Below are positions 58,509 to 64,000 of a DNA stretch of 64,000 nucleotides, piece by piece (the stretch's first letter is position 1; each line of letters begins with the position of its first letter). Where the stretch lies: the NCBI GenBank assembly GCA_946628005.1, contig CAMOWA010000002.1, positions 8,733-72,732 on the forward strand. The letters run 5' to 3'. The position numbers and the translations under genes were made by a program. The notes beneath the pieces were generated by a model. It worked only from the letters and a program-made list of their open reading frames with translations. It ran no database searches and was not told the DNA's origin. Source of the DNA: an uncultured Bacillales bacterium (GTDB lineage: Bacteria; Bacillota_I; Bacilli_A; RF39; UBA660).

Positions 58509-60842
58509 TTATTCATTTATTGGATTTTGAGATACATAGTTTCTTACTATTTCTAGAGTTTTTTGATATTCAGACTCTAATTCTTGAAAATGTTCTTGTA
58601 CATAGTTTGAATCGTTTTCTTTACTTTTTAATTCGTGTTGATAACTAATATCTGCTAAAGTCATAAAACCTAAATATTTACAATCACTTTTTAAGGAATG
58701 TACTAATATAGCATATTCTGACATGTTATTTTCATTTTTATATTTTAATATATTATTCCATTTTTCATCAATTTCTTTTGAAAAGTCTTGTATAGTCATA
58801 TTGTACATTTCCATATCTCCTAATAATTCTAAGGCATGATTCATATCTACTCCATTTTTTCTTAGATAATTTTCATCATATTTTTCACTGCTTTTTTCTT
58901 CCAATTGTACTACTGGTATGGTTTCTATTTCATTACTTAGTACTTCAATAGGCTCTATATGATCTATTTTTATTGGAGATGGGGGTATTATATTATTTTC
59001 TTCTATATTATCTTTTGTATCATGCTGTATGAAATTTTCTTTAATAATTCGGTTTAATACTTCAATTAATTGGTCTTTTTCAATAGGTTTTGCTAGATAA
59101 TCAGAAAAACCATCACTAATATATTTTTCTCTCATTCCACTAATTGCATTGGCAGTTAAAGCTATAACAGGTGTATTAAAATTATCTATTTCTTTTAATT
59201 TTTTTAATGTTTCTACTCCACTCATTTTTGGCATCATATCGTCTAAAAGAATAATATCAAACTTATCTTTGTTTTTTATTTTTGAAATACATTCAAATCC
59301 ACTTTCGCAGGTTGTTATCATGTTTGCATTAAATTTTTCTAATAATTTTTTAGCAACTTTTAAATTTAGAGGAGTATCATCTACTATTAATATTTTAATA
59401 TTATATAAATCTAATGTACTTTGTACTTGGTCATTTTTTTCCTGTTCTTCATTTTTTATTGTTTGATTTATTACAACTGTAAATTTACTCCCTTCACCAT
59501 ATACTGTATGAACTATTATTTTTCCACCCATTAATTCAATTAATTGTTTTGTTATTGCTAATCCTAATCCAGTTCCTTCTATTGTTGTATTTTTATCTTC
59601 ATCTAATCTTTGAAATTTAGTAAACATTTTGTCAATATTTTCTTTTTTTATTCCTCTTCCAGAGTCTTCTACAGATATTATTAACTTAGTTGCTTTTTCA
59701 GCATTAACACAATTTACCTCATAATGTACATAACCTTTTTCTGTATACTTACATGCATTACTTAGTAAGTTTGTTATAACTTTTTTTAAATTAGCGTGAT
59801 CTCCATAAAGTGTTTTTGGTAAATCATCTGCTATTTTATAGGTAAATTCTAATCCTTTATCTCGAGCTTTTATTTCTATCATTTTAGCTAAACCTTCAAA
59901 TAATTTTTTAGCATTATATTTTGAATCAATAATTTCGACTTTTCCAGCTTCTATTTTTGATATATCTAATATTCCGTTTACTATTTCTAATAATGTATCC
60001 GAAGCATTTATGATATCTTTGGCATTTTCTTTTGCTTCGTCTAATGATTTTGCGTCCATTATACAATCACTAAAACCAACTATTGCATTAAGAGGGGTCC
60101 TTATTTCATGAGACATACTTGATAAAAAATCTGTTTTAGCTCGACTAGCTTGTTCTGCTTTTTCTTTTGCAAGTTCAAGTTGTTGTATCATTCTCATATC
60201 AGGATTTTCTATTGTAAAAAACATTATATAATTAATAAATGTCAATGAAATAGATATGATGATTAAATATGGATTAAAATGAGATATGATTATTAATAAT
60301 ATTATACTAATTATTACAGATATTAATGGTATATAACGTTTATCTATTTTTTTGGGATTTAAAATCATTACTGTTAAAGATAACATTATATAAAATGATA
60401 CTGCTAAAACAAGAAACTTTATTGATGAACCATCTACACTAAAATGTCCGTTACTACTTATTACTGATATATTTCCTAAAAGTATAAATATTGAAAATAT
60501 GATATCTACTATTGCGACATATTGAATAATTGACTCAGAGTTATCTCTTATTTTTTGATAAGTTATAATTGCTATATATAAAAATAAAGAACTCATATAT
60601 ATTATTAATAAAATAAAATCAAATTTATTTAATATTTGTATAATTATATCTATAGTTGGAGTAATAGTATTAAAGGAAAATGATTGTAATATTGTTACTA
60701 GTATAGAATCAATCAATACTGTTATTATCATTATTGAGTACATATTATTTTCTAGTAATGGTAATCTTTTTTTTATAAAAAAACATATACATAATAATAT
60801 CGAAAAAATAATTGAACATATTGGTAATAATAATCCCTGCAT
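58509..60842 (-). CDS. Hybrid sensor histidine kinase: multi-TM sensor - HisKA - HATPase - REC - Hpt
   Basis: About 6-7 N-terminal TM helices. H-box SHEIRTPLN; N/G boxes LLSNACKYT, DSGRGI and GTGLGLAITK. REC motifs ILIVDD, LLDDMMPKMSG and KPI. The C-terminal Hpt domain has VHSLKSDCKYLG. Confidence 0.85.
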   Translation of the reverse strand: MQGLLLPICSIIFSILLCICFFIKKRLPLLENNMYSIMIITVLIDSILVTILQSFSFNTITPTIDIIIQILNKFDFILLIIYMSSLFLYIAIITYQKIRDNSESIIQYVAIVDIIFSIFILLGNISVISSNGHFSVDGSSIKFLVLAVSFYIMLSLTVMILNPKKIDKRYIPLISVIISIILLIIISHFNPYLIIISISLTFINYIMFFTIENPDMRMIQQLELAKEKAEQASRAKTDFLSSMSHEIRTPLNAIVGFSDCIMDAKSLDEAKENAKDIINASDTLLEIVNGILDISKIEAGKVEIIDSKYNAKKLFEGLAKMIEIKARDKGLEFTYKIADDLPKTLYGDHANLKKVITNLLSNACKYTEKGYVHYEVNCVNAEKATKLIISVEDSGRGIKKENIDKMFTKFQRLDEDKNTTIEGTGLGLAITKQLIELMGGKIIVHTVYGEGSKFTVVINQTIKNEEQEKNDQVQSTLDLYNIKILIVDDTPLNLKVAKKLLEKFNANMITTCESGFECISKIKNKDKFDIILLDDMMPKMSGVETLKKLKEIDNFNTPVIALTANAISGMREKYISDGFSDYLAKPIEKDQLIEVLNRIIKENFIQHDTKDNIEENNIIPPSPIKIDHIEPIEVLSNEIETIPVVQLEEKSSEKYDENYLRKNGVDMNHALELLGDMEMYNMTIQDFSKEIDEKWNNILKYKNENNMSEYAILVHSLKSDCKYLGFMTLADISYQHELKSKENDSNYVQEHFQELESEYQKTLEIVRNYVSQNPINE

Positions 60843-60885
60843 TTTAACACCTTCTTACTATGTTCATTATATCCTAAAATTAGTA

Positions 60886-60915
60886 ATAAAAAAAGAAGAA
60901 TTTAAAATCTTCTTT
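60886..60915 (-). terminator. Rho-independent terminator overlapping the acyltransferase stop
   Basis: AAAGAAGA (60892-60899) pairs with TCTTCTTT (60908-60915). A T-run follows on the minus strand. Confidence 0.55.
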
Positions 60916-62041
60916 GAAAATTGTTTTTAATTAGTTTTTTTGCATTTACTATACTGTGAGCGTTCTTAGGAGTTATGTTTTTAATCTTAGCTATATCTTG
61001 TAAAGCTTTATAATATTCCATTTCTTTTTTTGTTTGATAGTCTGCAGTTGTTTCTATTTCAGGGTCATAGTAATCAACTGTTTTTATTCTTTCTTTTAAT
61101 TGTTCTTCCCACGCTTCTACTGAATAGTAGTGATCTTTTAATAATTCATCTCTTGTTGTTTTGCCATATTTTTGCATCATTAAGTATGTCCAATATGCTA
61201 ATTTATCACGTAAATAAATTAAGGCTTCTTCTTCGCTGAATTTTGTTAAATCAATTGGTTCATCTATAACTGTATGAATAATATCATTTTTATCTTCTTT
61301 ATGTAATTCTCTTTTATAATGTACTACTGGTACTACTTTTACGTTTGCTTCTTTAGCAATTTTATATATTCCTGGCCAAAGATGTAAAACAAGTTTATTA
61401 GGACTTTTATTCCATACTCCTTCAGGATAGATTATTATATCTTTTTTCATTTGTAATATTTTTACACACTTTTTAATACTTGATTTTTTTGACGAGTCTA
61501 ATTTTCTATTTACTAATATCACTCCGTTTAGCCAGGATATTATACCATCTATTGTATTATAAAATTGTGGTAGGCTTCCAAATAAAATATAAGCATTTTT
61601 ATTTGCTGATAGGACTGTTGCCAAAGCGTCATCTTTAAAACCATGATTAGCTACCCAAATTACCGTTTCGTCTTTATTAAGCTTTATTCCTTCATCTTTT
61701 GCTAATAAATTAGTGTCTAATTCTACATTTTCTCCTAGTTTTAATTGTTCTTTATAATTGAAAAATCTTAATTCATTTCTATCTTCAAATATTTGTTTAC
61801 TTTTTAAAAAACTTGGACCATATTTTTTTACTATTTTATTTATTTTATCTCTATATTTCATACTTTTTTCAGAAATTATTTTATTTTCGTCATTATCTAA
61901 TAAATAATCAAAATGATTAGCTAGAAAATAAAATAATATAGATGGTCTTTTATTACCTATTAAATCTTTTATATTAATAATTTTATCTTTATATTTTTTT
62001 TCTATTTTTTTTATTATTAATTTATTCATTTTCCGACCCAC
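60902..62041 (-). CDS. Acyltransferase (PlsC/LPLAT-like) with an N-terminal extension of about 130 aa
   Basis: HX4D motif in VANHGFKDDA and a downstream IYPEG motif. The likely start is GTG 62041 (SD GAAGGAGA). Confidence 0.6.
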   Translation of the reverse strand: MGRKMNKLIIKKIEKKYKDKIINIKDLIGNKRPSILFYFLANHFDYLLDNDENKIISEKSMKYRDKINKIVKKYGPSFLKSKQIFEDRNELRFFNYKEQLKLGENVELDTNLLAKDEGIKLNKDETVIWVANHGFKDDALATVLSANKNAYILFGSLPQFYNTIDGIISWLNGVILVNRKLDSSKKSSIKKCVKILQMKKDIIIYPEGVWNKSPNKLVLHLWPGIYKIAKEANVKVVPVVHYKRELHKEDKNDIIHTVIDEPIDLTKFSEEEALIYLRDKLAYWTYLMMQKYGKTTRDELLKDHYYSVEAWEEQLKERIKTVDYYDPEIETTADYQTKKEMEYYKALQDIAKIKNITPKNAHSIVNAKKLIKNNFQRRF

Positions 62042-62136
62042 TTTTTCTCCTTCTGAATAAACTGTTTATATATATTTTATCATTTTTTTTAATTTTTTCA
62101 AATACATGCAAAAATTGCATAATGATTATGCGATTT

Positions 62137-62600
62137 TTAACTTCCTACTTTATATGAATATGTGTCTTCTATACAATTTTCTACTGCGTCACATAGATGA
62201 TATTTTATTGAAATTGTTTTTGGTTTATCTTTTGCTTTTTTACTGTGAGAAAAGAAAAAGTCCATTATTGCATCGGTTCCACCTATTCCTGAATTTGGCC
62301 ATTCTGCATTAGCACCTGATAAGTGAAATATTCCTGAATACCATTTTTTTAAAGTACAATGAAGAATATAAGTCTTTTTACCTGATGGATCAAAATTATT
62401 TTCTATACTTACATGAGATAATTCATTATTAACAAAATCATCTTGTATTGTCTTAGTAAGTAAATATTTATAAGATAATATTTCATTCTTATCTTTTTCA
62501 ATTACTCTTTTATCATTATAAGATGAAACTGTTTTATACATTGAAAAAGCCATGATAAAAACTAATACAAAACATAGATTACTTCTATTGTAGTTATACC
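62137..62600 (-). pseudogene. Decayed, start-less paralogue of the prepilin-like gene at 628-2733
   Basis: It retains ...GITTIEV (frameshifted), AFSMYKTVSSYNDKRVIEKDKNEILSYKYLLTKTIQDDFVNNELSHVSIENN, then short homologous patches (SGIGGTDA..., ISIKYHLCDAVENC vs PISYHLCDAVGNC). The SD, ATG and leader codons are deleted, and about 560 codons are missing. Confidence 0.75.
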
Positions 62601-62628
62601 GCTATTATTTAATCTTATATAATTATTT
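62339..62628. repeat. Dispersed repeat copy B (partner of 2451-2780)
   Basis: See copy A. There are about 10 substitutions, a 1 nt deletion and a deletion of about 35 nt relative to copy A. Confidence 0.8.
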
Positions 62629-62640
62629 CATCATAAATTT

Positions 62641-62664
62641 AAAAAAAAGAAGAATTTATTCTTC
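62641..62664 (-). terminator. Rho-independent terminator overlapping the rpmF stop
   Basis: GAAGAA (62649-62654) pairs with TTCTTC (62659-62664). A T-run (8 T) follows on the minus strand. Confidence 0.55.
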
Positions 62665-62862
62665 TCCTTTTGATATTTCTACTTTTCCTTTATAACTTCC
62701 ACATTTTGGACATACTCTATGAGGTTTAATCATTTCTCCACAACTAGGACATTTTGTCATTCCTGGAATATCCATTGCATTATGACTTCTTCTCATTCTT
62801 TTTCTAGTTTTTGAAACTTTACGGAAAGGAACCGCAAACATTTGAATATCTAGTTTCATCAT
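62656..62862 (-). CDS. rpmF: 50S ribosomal protein L32 with a 9-residue L27-like N-terminal extension
   Basis: [27 protein letters not shown]...[28 protein letters not shown] (62868-62873) lies 5 nt upstream of ATG 62862. Canonical L32 begins (M)AVPFR. Confidence 0.85.
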   Translation of the reverse strand: MMKLDIQMFAVPFRKVSKTRKRMRRSHNAMDIPGMTKCPSCGEMIKPHRVCPKCGSYKGKVEISKGEE

Positions 62863-62910
62863 ATTATCCCTCCTTTTCACTATCTTTACTATCACGATTT
62901 TCAATCTATT

Positions 62911-63315
62911 CTATAAATCTTCTTCGCGAATTAATTTCCATCCATCTCCATGTATTTTACTTATATCTTTTACTTCTGTAAAGTACGTGGGGACCTCTAG
63001 TACAATATTTTCCCATAAAAATGCTAAAATATCAAGACTATTTTCATTTTTTATATAAATTTTATCTATATCTTCATCTACTTCTAAATTTATCGGATAT
63101 ATAATTTCTTCTAATGTTATGCTATCTAATATCTTTATTTTTGTTTTAATATTACAATTAATATGTATTGATTGGTAGTCATTATTTATTATGTTTCCTT
63201 TTACTTCAACCGGAAAGTGCTGTATGATTTCTGGATAATTAAAATTATCATTAAAATAATAGAATCCACTAATATCTATTATTTTATCATTTATTAATAT
63301 TGTATTATTCTTCAT
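62911..63315 (-). CDS. yceD: YceD/DUF177-family protein (ribosome-associated, upstream of rpmF)
   Basis: Conserved yceD-rpmF synteny. C-terminal LDILAFLWENIVLEVP matches the DUF177 iDL...i.e.i.L..P signature. Confidence 0.6.
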   Translation of the reverse strand: MKNNTILINDKIIDISGFYYFNDNFNYPEIIQHFPVEVKGNIINNDYQSIHINCNIKTKIKILDSITLEEIIYPINLEVDEDIDKIYIKNENSLDILAFLWENIVLEVPTYFTEVKDISKIHGDGWKLIREEDL

Positions 63316-63907
63316 CTTCTTTATTCTCTAGACTACTTATTATGGAGTTATCTTCTACTACTCTCATTATTCCGTGATAATGCATCTTAGCTCCTAATGG
63401 TAAACTGCTTTCTTGACTTACCCATACTCTTATTGTAATTGTTGTTTTATCTAAGGCTTCCATTATACTCTCAAGAAGTACTCCATTTTCTAGTTCTTCT
63501 AGTGTGTATATTTCTGTTTTGTTTTTTCCCGCTTTTACTGATATTCTTATATCTGATTTTGATATTAATTTTTCTTCACAATTATCTTCTAAAATTTTTT
63601 CTGAATCATCTTCTATTTTTATTCTATAACCTACTTTTTCTGTTAAGTTGTTTTTAATATTTATTATGTAATTTTTAGAACTAAGACCTACAGAATCTGT
63701 AACAGGTGTAACTTTCGTTATACTTATTTTATCTCCTGTTTTTTCTAAATAAGTAACATCTAGATTTTCTGAATTGGATTCTATACTTCTATCATCTTGA
63801 AATTTATAATAAATAAAATAAGTTGGGATAATTGCTAAAAGTAGTATAAAACATATATATACTGTATTTTTTATTATCTCTTTTTTTCTCATTTCTTTGT
63901 ATAGCAT
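63305..63907 (-). CDS. Hypothetical membrane-anchored protein (200 aa)
   Basis: SD AGAGGTG 8 nt upstream of ATG 63907. N-terminal TM helix VYICFILLLAIIPTYFIYY followed by a beta-rich ectodomain. Confidence 0.5.
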   Translation of the reverse strand: MLYKEMRKKEIIKNTVYICFILLLAIIPTYFIYYKFQDDRSIESNSENLDVTYLEKTGDKISITKVTPVTDSVGLSSKNYIINIKNNLTEKVGYRIKIEDDSEKILEDNCEEKLISKSDIRISVKAGKNKTEIYTLEELENGVLLESIMEALDKTTITIRVWVSQESSLPLGAKMHYHGIMRVVEDNSIISSLENKEDEE

Positions 63908-64000
63908 AAATATCACACCTCTTAGTTCAATCATATTTTATCAAATAATTATTAATAATGAAATAGCTATACTAATCGTTTTACATCTATTGACACATTT

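Noticed and set aside
62106-62120. Palindrome ATGCAA-AAA-TTGCAT downstream of the pilin pseudogene, considered as a terminator
   Set aside because: The stem is only 6 bp with a 3 nt loop and no T-run on either strand. It is probably fortuitous in AT-rich DNA.
62863-62904. Further upstream extension of the rpmF ORF ([14 protein letters not shown])
   Set aside because: The SD for ATG 62862 lies inside it and no SD precedes 62904. The start of translation is placed at MMKLDIQMF.

Overview
This is a very AT-rich chromosomal segment that uses the standard genetic code (TGA is a stop, e.g. 23689-23691). It looks like a cell-walled Bacillota-type bacterium (Bacilli/Erysipelotrichia-like), but the exact taxon cannot be determined from sequence alone. 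I count about 55 genes, roughly 85% on the minus strand. No rRNA, tRNA or CRISPR array was seen.

The backbone is housekeeping synteny known from Bacillus: ruvA-ruvB-queA-tgt, rplU-prp(ysxB)-rpmA...obg and yceD-rpmF. It also carries map, recD2, mtaB, helD, PMM/PGM, a CBS-type family II pyrophosphatase, a DnaB-type replication initiation protein and yebC.

Accessory content:
- a decayed IS200-like element
- a giant type IV prepilin-like protein with Listeria-Bacteroides repeats, plus a decayed start-less paralogue 60 kb away
- an isolated pilC-pilD pair
- a FarE/FarR-like MMPL/TetR locus with a YhgE/Pip-like protein and an acyl-CoA ligase
- an OmpR-type two-component system
- a hybrid HK-REC-Hpt kinase and a separate Hpt-REC protein
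- two GH25 muramidase-like proteins
- a tandem pair of WG-repeat-like proteins
- several lineage-specific ORFs inserted into otherwise conserved operons

The most notable observation is that ribosomal protein L32 appears to be made with a 9-residue N-terminal propeptide (MMKLDIQMF|AVPFRK). This is nearly identical to the Prp-cleaved propeptide of L27 encoded in the same window, so the Prp protease may have a second ribosomal substrate.

Other candidates for follow-up:
- a translationally coupled three-gene cassette (double GH25 membrane protein, RelE/gp49-like-tailed protein, 577 aa helical protein)
- a tandem-duplicated Gre-factor-like protein inside queA-tgt
- a full-length but catalytically degenerate iPGM homologue
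- a pair of paralogous Cys/His-motif proteins

All domain calls are by-eye motif recognition. No database search was run.
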